DNA of 57,810 nucleotides from Synechococcus sp. (GTDB lineage Bacteria; Cyanobacteriota; Cyanobacteriia; Thermostichales; PCC-7336): NCBI GenBank assembly GCA_051439425.1, contig JBFRWD010000120.1, positions 1 to 57,810 of the forward strand, read 5' to 3'. Shown piece by piece: positions 30,922 to 39,931 of this stretch (position 1 is its first letter; each line of letters starts with the position of its first letter). The notes under the pieces were generated by a model. It saw only the letters and a program-made list of their open reading frames with translations, ran no database searches and was not told where the DNA came from. The position numbers and the translations under genes were made by a program.

Positions 30922-32007
30922 TTATACCGGTAGAGGCTTGCGCCCTAACGTACTTTTTAAGGCTGGTCTAACACCGGGAAATCTCAGTCCCTCTGGAGTG
31001 GTGCGGTAGGCTGCAATCCAAGATTCTGCATGAGACCCGACCGGACGTAATTCCGCTTGGAAAATCATGGGATCGATCGCCGTCTTGAAGTCGTTATCGG
31101 CGACAAACTGCAGGATACGCCGTCCGCTTTCGGCCATTTTCGCCCGTTGCGACGGCTCGGAAATACCGCCCAAATAGCGATTGGAGACAATCTCGATCAC
31201 ATCCCACTTGGTATTGGCGTCAAACGCTTTCTTGATATCGGGGGTGTCGAGCAACTTCATGATGGAATTGAGAAAGTGACCGGTTTCCATCGTCAGGGCA
31301 AAAATGTTCCCATATGTGGATCGATCTAGGGCATAACGCAAGTCCAATCCGAGACGTTGTACGGTTGCAACACTTCCAAAGGGACGTTGGTCGAGGGACT
31401 CTCCACCCCGGATTACTTCGCTGACACGCAGGTCGCGGAAGTATTGGGAGACAGCCACCATGAAGGCTACCAATTGGCGATGGAAGTTGGCATTGACAAT
31501 CGCACCGGCAGGAGCCTTGTTTTTGCCGTAGTTAAAGGCGCGGCGATACGCGATTGCTCGCTCTCTTTTGCCATATCTCAGTGGTTTCCATTTCTCAACC
31601 AAATACAAGGCACGGGCGCCTGGACCTCGCTGAATTCGCATCTTGCCCATATGGAAAAGACGGAGTAAGACGTCCAGCACCTTGAATACCTTCATTCGTT
31701 CGTGCTGGTAAATGTAGTAGAGTTCGGCTGCCGCATGAATTTGGCTGGGCACGATGGAATCGTCAAAGTCGGGCTGGATGTAGGGATATGGTAAATTCTC
31801 GAATTCGACCGGTCCCTGTTCTCCGAATCCAACTAAATCCAGAAATCCATCACCACCACCATTTGCCGCATTTTTAAGCAGTTCCGAGAATCGATCTTCA
31901 AACTGTTGAGAGAATTGCTGGCGCTGATCGGGTGGCATTCCAGCGAGGCTCTCTCGCAGGAAGTCATCCCACAAGCGTTGAATCGTTTCAGTAGTTTTGT
32001 ATTCCAT
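30922..32007 (-). CDS. hypothetical protein (361 aa, likely alpha-helical)
   Basis: Long ORF, GAGGA SD, in the operon; no catalytic motif recognised. Confidence 0.85.
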   Translation of the reverse strand: MEYKTTETIQRLWDDFLRESLAGMPPDQRQQFSQQFEDRFSELLKNAANGGGDGFLDLVGFGEQGPVEFENLPYPYIQPDFDDSIVPSQIHAAAELYYIYQHERMKVFKVLDVLLRLFHMGKMRIQRGPGARALYLVEKWKPLRYGKRERAIAYRRAFNYGKNKAPAGAIVNANFHRQLVAFMVAVSQYFRDLRVSEVIRGGESLDQRPFGSVATVQRLGLDLRYALDRSTYGNIFALTMETGHFLNSIMKLLDTPDIKKAFDANTKWDVIEIVSNRYLGGISEPSQRAKMAESGRRILQFVADNDFKTAIDPMIFQAELRPVGSHAESWIAAYRTTPEGLRFPGVRPALKSTLGRKPLPV

Positions 32008-32083
32008 GGCCAGCGTCCTCGGTCGGACAGATTCGTGTTAGTGAATGCAATCAACGGAAGTATGAGAGATTCCGAAATTAGAC

Positions 32084-32575
32084 TTATTTTTCTGGTGGTG
32101 TTTGTGTTTGTTGAGTCTGTGCAGGTGAAGGTTCCACTTTCATATCAATCAAGGGAGAGCGGTTGTCCGTTAATTCCCGTTCTATGCAAAATGCCAGGTG
32201 ATTGCACTCGACAATAAACTTCAAATAATCCTCCTTGGATTTCAGTTCCCTAAACAATGCTATAGCTGATAACTTGGCTTTCAGTTTGTCACTTAACGAG
32301 TTATAGAGACGTCTATATGTAGGCTTTTGTCTGTATTCAGCCAATACGTGGTCGCACAACGATTTGGCATTCTCATCGCCAACAAAATTGCAAACTATAT
32401 TTTGTATTTGAAGAATGACGTAAACAAATAAGCAATTCTCTGAAGATCCGTTTTGTAAATGTGCATCAATATTTGAAAGTGTATTAGAAATTCTCTCTAG
32501 TGAAATCGCGATTGATTTGAGATAGGGCTTTTCGTTTGGTGGTGCCGCTGTGATTTGTTGGGGTGTGACAACCAT
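32084..32575 (-). CDS. hypothetical protein (163 aa, AT-rich)
   Basis: AGAGG SD, co-directional; N-terminal heptad-like LKSIAISLERISNTLSNID. Confidence 0.7.
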   Translation of the reverse strand: MVVTPQQITAAPPNEKPYLKSIAISLERISNTLSNIDAHLQNGSSENCLFVYVILQIQNIVCNFVGDENAKSLCDHVLAEYRQKPTYRRLYNSLSDKLKAKLSAIALFRELKSKEDYLKFIVECNHLAFCIERELTDNRSPLIDMKVEPSPAQTQQTQTPPEK

Positions 32576-32685
32576 TATGTTTTACCTCTTGCGCAAAGTG
32601 CTTGATAAGGAGCGTGAATTCTTATGAATGACTTATTCATTCATGGACTTCGTTTTTCAGGCGTTCGTAAATGACTAAGAAAGGT

Positions 32686-34614
32686 CTAAGTGGCATCCCG
32701 ATCGTCTAGGCCATTTGCTCTTCTCAGGGTGTCACTAATATCTTCGACATTTGCCTCAATAATCGACTGACTATTTGCTTGTGCTGACAAACTGAATTCA
32801 TATTGCCTTGGGAGGTTAAAGTTGCCCACTTCACATGGATCTACTTCATCTCCCAAAGCATTTTTCCTGGCGTCTGTTATTACTAAGTTGATAACATCAA
32901 AAACACCAACACTATTATTTCTGGCTCTCAGTGGAATGCAGCCTGGGGACATTGTTTGAACTAAGTCAATCCAACGTTTTTCCGTGTCTTGTTGAATGCA
33001 AAGTTCTTGATCGACTAGTAAAGTCATGGTTGCTTCAATGTTCGTATCTAAACCAAGTTCTCCTATCTCCGGTAGGTCTTGTCCAGGCGCTAATGAGGCA
33101 GCACGTTCGAAAAGAATACTGCGGATAGAGTTGAGGGTATCTAGAATACTCGTTCGAAGATCTGTCATGCTTGATTGAAGATCTGTTCCAGCATTAAAAC
33201 AAGACGATGAAATGCCATTTGTGTTGTTTGAATCATCGCGAATAATAGAATCGACTACATAACTATAGGCAACAGCACGTTGTTCGGGTTCGCTATTCTC
33301 TGATGTTCCCAATGCAAATAGGTCTATTGCGCGATCGACATCGTATAGAACTTTGTCTAATACAATCAGACATTTTGTGTCTTCAGATGAACATCCACAT
33401 CTGGCCAAGCAGTCCAACAATTCTGCCAGTCGATTGCGCTCGATTGCTAATTGAACTAATAGATTTTCAGAGGCCTGTTCGTCACTAGAACTACCGTACA
33501 GTCCGTAAAATAAAATCGGAGGCCGGGCCAACCTGAGGAGGCGAAATCCGCCAGCAGATTCAAAGGCATCGATAAACAGTTGTAATGCTTCCAGAAATGC
33601 TGTCAGCGGAGGGGATTTTGGATTCACTACAATTGTCCGACTGGCAACAATCACCAAGCGGCGCAAGCGGGGAATATCTAGCTGAGCAGTTGCGCCTAAC
33701 TGTCTCAACCCTTCTGCATTTCCTTGGCTCGCTCGTTGGATCAGGGAATCCATCAGGCGAGCTAGCTCGTTTTCTACTAGTAGAGCCCGTAAATCCCCCT
33801 GACCTTGCTCGTCCAATGCTTTATAGAGCTGACGGTAAGCATCGACTCCCCGAGGCCACTCGTTAGGAGCATAGGCTTCTTGGGTCGAGCCAATAAAATT
33901 TCGAAGGGCATAGATAACCGAATCTCGTCGTGCTTGTAACTCGCTGTAAGGAACTTGCAGCAGGAAGCGACTGCGGTTAAAACTCACATTCGCAAGCGAC
34001 TCGCCCATCATGACCAGCAATACTGCCGTAACTTCGTCGATACTTTGGGCCAGATTTCGATAATTGACATTAACGACCGGAGAACTGAGTGCTCCCACCA
34101 ATCGGGCCATGCGAGCGTAATCACCTAAAGTACGTCGAATACCAAAGGTTTTGTCTCGTTGGCTGGAATCGATCGCAAACCGAGCCGAGTAAAACCCCTC
34201 GGTCATGGCCGAGCGAATTGCCATTGCCCATCCTTGCAATTCCGGAGCGACGTCTTTGAGGATGGCATTAGAAGTGAGCTCTTGTAGGTCTCGCTCAACA
34301 TCATTCATGGCCTGATCGAGTTCTGCGTCGGAAGACGTCTCGACAGGTTGTTTCGGTGCGGAAAGCTGAGGAGTGCGAATGTACGGCATCCCTTCGGCTT
34401 CGCTATCGATCGCGATCGCTTGAGGTGTTTCCCGATAGCGGGCAAACAAGGCTTCGGCAACCTCAGTTGCATTGTTGGGATCGCTCACCCTGAGCTCGCG
34501 TCGAATCAAATTGTCCAGAGCCAGACGTGACGGAGGACTTCCTTCGCGTCTCGCACCATTTGAGGGACGATTGAAGTAGGAATGACTGGAACTAGAGTAG
34601 GATTCGAATGCCAT
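32686..34614 (-). CDS. hypothetical protein (642 aa, helical / coiled-coil-like)
   Basis: Long ORF in the operon; no family recognised. Confidence 0.85.
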   Translation of the reverse strand: MAFESYSSSSHSYFNRPSNGARREGSPPSRLALDNLIRRELRVSDPNNATEVAEALFARYRETPQAIAIDSEAEGMPYIRTPQLSAPKQPVETSSDAELDQAMNDVERDLQELTSNAILKDVAPELQGWAMAIRSAMTEGFYSARFAIDSSQRDKTFGIRRTLGDYARMARLVGALSSPVVNVNYRNLAQSIDEVTAVLLVMMGESLANVSFNRSRFLLQVPYSELQARRDSVIYALRNFIGSTQEAYAPNEWPRGVDAYRQLYKALDEQGQGDLRALLVENELARLMDSLIQRASQGNAEGLRQLGATAQLDIPRLRRLVIVASRTIVVNPKSPPLTAFLEALQLFIDAFESAGGFRLLRLARPPILFYGLYGSSSDEQASENLLVQLAIERNRLAELLDCLARCGCSSEDTKCLIVLDKVLYDVDRAIDLFALGTSENSEPEQRAVAYSYVVDSIIRDDSNNTNGISSSCFNAGTDLQSSMTDLRTSILDTLNSIRSILFERAASLAPGQDLPEIGELGLDTNIEATMTLLVDQELCIQQDTEKRWIDLVQTMSPGCIPLRARNNSVGVFDVINLVITDARKNALGDEVDPCEVGNFNLPRQYEFSLSAQANSQSIIEANVEDISDTLRRANGLDDRDAT

Positions 34615-34660
34615 GATCGTGTCTCACTTCCTAGCGCTTGTGACTGATAAAACCTGGGGT

Positions 34661-35944
34661 TTATACAACTGCTGCTCGCTTCTTATTGGTGGAAACCGGA
34701 GTTTTTTGAGCGGTTATACGGGTTAAATAATCGATGGTGATTTTGCCAAGGCGAGCCGGATCGATGTTGCCGGTTTCTAATGCGTAGCTCGATGCACTAA
34801 CCAAATGGCGGGGAGACAATGACGGAATTTTCCCCTCTATTAAGGTTCTGGCTCCCGATCGAATTCGAGCCTGATCTTCAGGACGGAATGAAATAATGTC
34901 TACCAAAGCCCGCTGAGCTAAATTTCGTCGGGTTTGAAAGGCAATCTCGTCAACCACCTCTGGGATAACCCGATCTGCTGTCCGCAACAAGTTAGTCGGT
35001 AAGCGATGGGATTGTTCTGGTTTGTACAAGCCTTTCCACACTCGACGGAGTCGATTGGCCTCTTTATCAAATGCCATCCGTTGCAACATTTCAGCCAAAA
35101 TTAAGATGCGTAAGTACGATGTGGGGTGAGCGCCACCTGGCCGGTAAGTCATGGTTTTAGACGCCGGATACGCCAGAAATAGAGTCATTCCCCATGCTGC
35201 GGCTGGTCCCCCCAGCAAGATCGCAGCCAAATCGGCAAAAATCTCCTTGTGCCAACGTCCGTAGATTTGGGTTAATCCCGCACCGAACCTCGGAAGAATT
35301 CGCTTGAGCACCGCTTGGCGATTTTCCTGCCAGATTCCCAGATCTGCCTGTAAGTTGTGAGCAACTTCGTGCAGGAATACCGCTTGCCAAGGGGCATCGC
35401 GATCGTAGGGAATGCGGACTAATGGAAACGGATTGGGTTCCCCCAACAGGCGGTTGAGCAGTACCCCCCTGCGCATGGTTGCTGGAGACGCGCCACTGTC
35501 CATATAACAAGTGGGCTTGAGCAACGGACCGCGAAAAATATGTGGAGCAGATTGGCGAACTGCAGTGTAACAATCTTCAGCAATAACATCGTGAGCGGCC
35601 AGAGATGGGGCAAAGCTCGTCCCTCGCTGACTGAAAATATCGAAGAATAGATCGAACGTGCGTCGGGCGCGATCGAGCTCTCGTTCAACTAAAGCAATGT
35701 CCTTCAAAACTTGCTGATTTGGAGCCGTTGCCCAAGTCTTTTGGAGGTGATGCAATCGTTTAGCCACCTGCTTGTCAATCTTGGCCAGTCTCTGGTTGGC
35801 CGCGCGAAAATGAGCGGGGGAGGGAGCGTAGGGGAGATCCTGAGACCGTATGCCCACCGATTTCAGATCGATCTGGGCCAATCGTCTCGCCCGCGCTGCA
35901 AGGGAGATGATCTTGTTGTTGAGGAATGTCCGTGCTTCCATCAC
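34661..35944 (-). CDS. HEXXH zincin-like metallopeptidase, putative
   Basis: FLHEVAH, downstream EIFAD and HP..LR; GGAGG SD. Confidence 0.75.
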   Translation of the reverse strand: MMEARTFLNNKIISLAARARRLAQIDLKSVGIRSQDLPYAPSPAHFRAANQRLAKIDKQVAKRLHHLQKTWATAPNQQVLKDIALVERELDRARRTFDLFFDIFSQRGTSFAPSLAAHDVIAEDCYTAVRQSAPHIFRGPLLKPTCYMDSGASPATMRRGVLLNRLLGEPNPFPLVRIPYDRDAPWQAVFLHEVAHNLQADLGIWQENRQAVLKRILPRFGAGLTQIYGRWHKEIFADLAAILLGGPAAAWGMTLFLAYPASKTMTYRPGGAHPTSYLRILILAEMLQRMAFDKEANRLRRVWKGLYKPEQSHRLPTNLLRTADRVIPEVVDEIAFQTRRNLAQRALVDIISFRPEDQARIRSGARTLIEGKIPSLSPRHLVSASSYALETGNIDPARLGKITIDYLTRITAQKTPVSTNKKRAAVV

Positions 35945-35971
35945 ACCCTCCCTATCCCAACCCCATAGCCA

Positions 35972-36892
35972 TTAGGCTCGAACGCTTGCACAGACAGAGC
36001 AGAGGCGTCTGGATTTTCTTCTCCTCCTGCCCATACCGCCTTTCTTGTACATTTTTCGCTTCTTCGCAACGTGACTGACACTTTTCGCAAGGCTGCGAGC
36101 GGTCTTCGGTCGTTGGGCAACTTTAGTCGTCGTCTTAGCAATGGTTTTGGCGATCGGTTGACCTGTTTTTTGAGATACTTTTTTCGCTGTCTTGACAATC
36201 TTGGGCATTGCTTTTGTCACCTTTGCCCCTTGGCGATGACCTAGCTTTTGTGTGGCTTTTCGAGTTGCTTTGACTAACTTAAGCCGTTTAGATTTCGGCA
36301 TACCAGCGACGTTTGGAATTGCCTTTCGAACGGCTAAACCAGCAATCACAGGAGCAGCCGAATCCAACTCGTCCATGTAATCTGCATAATCAGCTAGTTC
36401 GTCCAGTGCTTCAAACTCATCCGCACCATCCATCAAGACTTTGCCAAGTACACTAGCAACTTTGCCAACTCCCTGCGCCCAGGGGAGTGGAATTTTGTTC
36501 GCAATAGGAGCCACAACTCGGGCAACCTTACCAAGACCTCGACCCGCTTTTTTGGCAACCTTTTTGACTTTGCCCCATAACTTCTTAAGGAATTCGTCTT
36601 CATCGTATTCACCGAGGGCATCGGCAACCGCATTGTCGAGGGCATCTAATAGATCGGCTTCACCAAGATCGTCAAATTCATCGAACTCGTCGTATTCATC
36701 AAACTCATCTTCAAGTTCATCATCAAATTCATCGTAGGTATCGTCGAATTCATCGAACTCATCGTACTCGTCAAATTCATCATCATATTCATCATAGACA
36801 TCATCAAATTCATCGTATTCGTCATAACCCATCTCTGCTAAACCCTCATCTGATTCGTAAAGTAAGTCATCCATGACATCGGTGGGATACAT
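35972..36892 (-). CDS. charge-segregated protein: acidic (Y/F)DE-repeat N-terminus, Lys/Arg-rich C-terminus
   Basis: AGGAG SD 8 nt before ATG 36892 (MYPTDV); 306 aa; ends GRRRRKSRRLCSVC. Confidence 0.85.
   Translation of the reverse strand: MYPTDVMDDLLYESDEGLAEMGYDEYDEFDDVYDEYDDEFDEYDEFDEFDDTYDEFDDELEDEFDEYDEFDEFDDLGEADLLDALDNAVADALGEYDEDEFLKKLWGKVKKVAKKAGRGLGKVARVVAPIANKIPLPWAQGVGKVASVLGKVLMDGADEFEALDELADYADYMDELDSAAPVIAGLAVRKAIPNVAGMPKSKRLKLVKATRKATQKLGHRQGAKVTKAMPKIVKTAKKVSQKTGQPIAKTIAKTTTKVAQRPKTARSLAKSVSHVAKKRKMYKKGGMGRRRRKSRRLCSVCASVRA
36669..36830 (-). repeat. degenerate ~9-bp coding repeat encoding (Y/F)D(E/D)
   Basis: Recurring tcatcaaat / tcatcgtat / tcgtcaaat units on the + strand; YDEYDEFDDVYDEYDDEFDEYDEFDEFDD. 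Confidence 0.85.
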
Positions 36893-36935
36893 GTTTAATT
36901 CTCCTAAGTCTTTGCTTGAATAAACAATGGTTGGC

Positions 36936-38081
36936 TTAGAACTCTCCGGGATATCGAATAACAATCTCTAAGGGAGCTTCTACCTGCAAATGCACGGATT
37001 TTTGAGTGCGTCTTGTAGGGGAGAACGATGGTCCATCTTCTCGCTCTTCCGAGAGGTGTTGAGCAAGGACGGGGTTTTCTACTACCTTTGATGCTGCTCG
37101 GTACAGTCGTTGGGGCAGAAATTTGAGGGCAGACTTCTGAGATCCAGAAGAGTTCGCGCCAACTCGCTTGGCAAGTGCTGGTAATGCCTGCAAGCATTGC
37201 TGGTCGTTCAGCAACTGTAAGGATCTCTCACATGCCCGCATCAGTTTGGCGCACCAAGCCAGATCGACTGAACTGTCTCCACATTCCAGACTGGGAGCGA
37301 CTACCCGCCTGGCAGTTAAGCCAGCCAGGATGAGCGCCATTGGTTTCGTACCGATGTCTGCAAATAGATTGACCGTATCTTCAAGGACGACAGATACGTT
37401 CATCCCTAGGCGGGCATATCTCGCTACCATTACCGAATAAATCTTTAATAGATTTGCAGGCTGGTGATGGGCTAGCGAGCGGTCTACTTGTACATGATGG
37501 CCATTGTGTTGCTCTTCATGAGAGCTCTTGCGATGACCATTCTGTTTCAATTTTCGTATGCGTCTCCGATTTGTTGCATCCGATAAGTTTGGAGAATAAA
37601 CGAGATGTTGCAAGTCGAGATCGCGACGAATTCCTTTTACGTCTAAGGCACTATCAATCGCCCCAAGAAGCTGCCCAAAATAATCCTCTGCGTCCGTTAT
37701 TCCTAACGTTTCAATGATTCCTTTTCTGAGCAGGCTGAGATCGACCCCCCATTCAGAGAGGACATGCGATAGATCTGCGTTTAGATCCCCAGGTTCATAT
37801 TCTTGATTGAACTTTTTTGCATGCTCACGTTCAAATTCCTCTTCAAAGTCTCCATTAGATTCGTCGTCAATAGGCTCCTCAACATCATCCTTGAAATCAG
37901 TCACCGTTTTCCCCTTAACATCTCTTGAGAACGCATCACCTAAAATATTTGATCCGTCAAACAAACCAGATTCTAGTTCGTGATTACAATCGAACAAAGC
38001 GCAATCTAATTCGTCAAATTGGATAGTATCAGGCTTATCCTTGATAGATTTCTTTTGTTTGAGCTTAGATGGATGCTTCAC
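36936..38081 (-). CDS. hypothetical protein, divergent paralog of 35972-36892
   Basis: GTG start, acidic N-terminal third, blocks colinear with the downstream gene. Confidence 0.8.
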   Translation of the reverse strand: MKHPSKLKQKKSIKDKPDTIQFDELDCALFDCNHELESGLFDGSNILGDAFSRDVKGKTVTDFKDDVEEPIDDESNGDFEEEFEREHAKKFNQEYEPGDLNADLSHVLSEWGVDLSLLRKGIIETLGITDAEDYFGQLLGAIDSALDVKGIRRDLDLQHLVYSPNLSDATNRRRIRKLKQNGHRKSSHEEQHNGHHVQVDRSLAHHQPANLLKIYSVMVARYARLGMNVSVVLEDTVNLFADIGTKPMALILAGLTARRVVAPSLECGDSSVDLAWCAKLMRACERSLQLLNDQQCLQALPALAKRVGANSSGSQKSALKFLPQRLYRAASKVVENPVLAQHLSEEREDGPSFSPTRRTQKSVHLQVEAPLEIVIRYPGEF

Positions 38082-38295
38082 GATACACCTACCCTGAATG
38101 AACTCATGTAGAAATAGCTTCTATGAACTCTTGCGTTTTTGTTGAATAACTAAACTGACATCCGAAGTTGATATCTCTATTGATCTTTTTCTAAATGGCA
38201 AGGTTCGAATTGCCTGGAAACCCTTTCTTCATTCATTAAAGTAATGAGAAAATAAATAGAGTACAAGTCACACGAGTTGGGTCATTAGAGTGTGG

Positions 38296-38311
38296 TAACT
38301 CATTTGAGGTA
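38296..38311. promoter_or_regulatory. 7-2-7 inverted repeat, candidate LuxR/NarL-type operator
   Basis: TAACTCA-TT-TGAGGTA (6/7 arm match) ~215 nt upstream of the first operon gene. Confidence 0.35.
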
Positions 38312-38526
38312 GTCATGATGGACTAGGTAGACTCCATAAAAAAATGTGTAAAAAGTCCTCATACGAAAAATACTGTTGGCTAGGAAAACTGTCAGAGATT
38401 CCCACTTGCTGCTATCTCAGACACGATCGGGGATTCTAAACCTGTTTGGGCGAGGCATTCGCACTCGACTTTGTCTCAAACTAAATTGCATCTACCATTT
38501 CTTCAGTCCATAGATTGAGTTCCTTA

Positions 38527-38705
38527 GAGGCTGTCTGCAAAGTCAGGAACTAGGTCAGACGTCTCAGCATGATGCGAGTAGAAGCCAAATAAATCCATGC
38601 TTCTGCACGGCTGCTTTTGAGTTGGTAGTCCCGATTTAACCGACGAGTCCAGCGCAGCCACCCAAACGTTTTCTCTACAATTCATCGTTGCGGCAGAAGC
38701 TTGAA
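38527..38705 (-). mobile_element. IS5-family (IS1031-like) remnant: transposase C-terminus plus one terminal inverted repeat
   Basis: Manual minus-strand translation FKLLPQR*IVEKTFGWLRWTRRLNRDYQ..AWIYLASTRIMLRRLT*; end GAGGCTGTCTGCAAAGTC at 38527 preceded by TTA. Confidence 0.85.
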
Positions 38706-38740
38706 TGCGAAGATATGCGAATGCTTTCGTTGCCTTTGGC

Positions 38741-39562
38741 TTATTGAATAGCGTTTCGAATCAACGGTTCCCAAGCCCAGTTCGGCAGTAACCAATGCAA
38801 GAAAGTCAGCAGTTTGGCATCCATTGGAATTGCGTAACGCCTGCGAGGAGAGCGACTATTCACCGCTTTTGAGACGGAGATCGCCACCACTGTCGGTTTT
38901 GCGGCTGGCGAATATGCGGACAAAACACGCACTATCGGATCGACTTGGTCTGCATATACAGACTCGCGGGAGGATGCCTTCAATGTCTCAGCCGCAATTT
39001 CCGACCATTCACTCTCGATCTGTCCAGGTTGTATCACTACAAGTCGAATGCCAAACGGTTGAGTTTCCATCCGCAATGTGTCAGACAGAACTTCTAGAGC
39101 ATGCTTGGTGGCGTGGTACCACCCGCCAATCGGCATCCAGATGCGACCTCCCATCGAGCTAATGTTAACGATGGTTCCCGATCGCCGCTCCGCATCGATG
39201 GCAGCACCAGTTGAGTCAGTCGAATGACCCCGAAGACATTGACATCAAATTGTCGCTTGGCTTCCGCGATCGGCACATCTTCTAACGCGCTGTAAGAACC
39301 ATATCCGGCGTTATTAATGAGTGCGTCGATGTCCTTCGGATTCCAGCACTTGGTCAACGGCCATCTGCATGCTGTCATCGTCGGTGACATCTAAATACAG
39401 TGTGTTGGCTCCTTCAGATTGGATATCGGTCATGTTGTCCAATCGTCTGGCTGCACCATAAACAGTCCATCCATCGTGCAACAGCTGACGCACAATCGCC
39501 TTACCAATACCTGCCGATTCCCCCGTCACCAAGGCCACCGACTTCGCCTGAGAGGTTACCAT
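38741..39562 (-). pseudogene. short-chain dehydrogenase/reductase broken by two frameshifts
   Basis: ALVTGESAGIG, LINNAGYG..FDVNVFG and SMGG..YHATKHALE lie in three different frames; shifts near 39330 and 39190. Confidence 0.88.
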
Positions 39563-39931
39563 TGCTTTGAGCCCCACCCGTATGCCTTCTAGCTTGACTC
39601 TAGCCAGAGGGCTCCAACCTCGGCAACATTTGACGCGATCGCAGCCCTAAATCGAGCTGAAAAACTTTGTTTTTTGCTGCCGACCTCCCAAGATAAAAGC
39701 AAAAATAAATACGGCTTTTAAATGTCATCTGCATTGTCTTCACTGTGCAGAGATCGATGGCCGACTGAAATAAATGTGAACGGTCTTGGCACAGTCTTGG
39801 CACAGTCTTATCGCCTTACTATGCAAACAGCTCTGGAATTATGGCGCTAGCATTTGGATCGCTCAAAATATCCAGGTAAATATCTATCGATACGGCACTA
39901 ACGATTGCCGATTGTATGGAAATCTCCAAAC

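Larger units (their letters stand above)
24364..39580. mobile_element. probable genomic island between phnZ and phnC
   Basis: Separates the two phn blocks; AT-rich stretches, sparse HIP1, IS remnant and pseudogene at the right edge; no integrase or att repeats seen; limits approximate. Confidence 0.55.

Noticed and set aside
36669..36830. Repeat array considered as a CRISPR or non-coding array
   Set aside because: Units are ~9 bp, in frame, vary mostly at synonymous positions and have no spacers; no cas genes are present.
24364..39580. Island as a prophage or contractile injection system
   Set aside because: No integrase, terminase, portal, sheath, tube, baseplate or VgrG motifs recognised; remote structural homology is not excluded.
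39600..39803. 67-aa ORF upstream of the SDR pseudogene
   Set aside because: No motif; its start lies in the tandem repeat; probably non-coding.
39783..39809. GTCTTGGCACA direct repeat as an island attachment site
   Set aside because: A local tandem duplication; I saw no matching copy at the left border.
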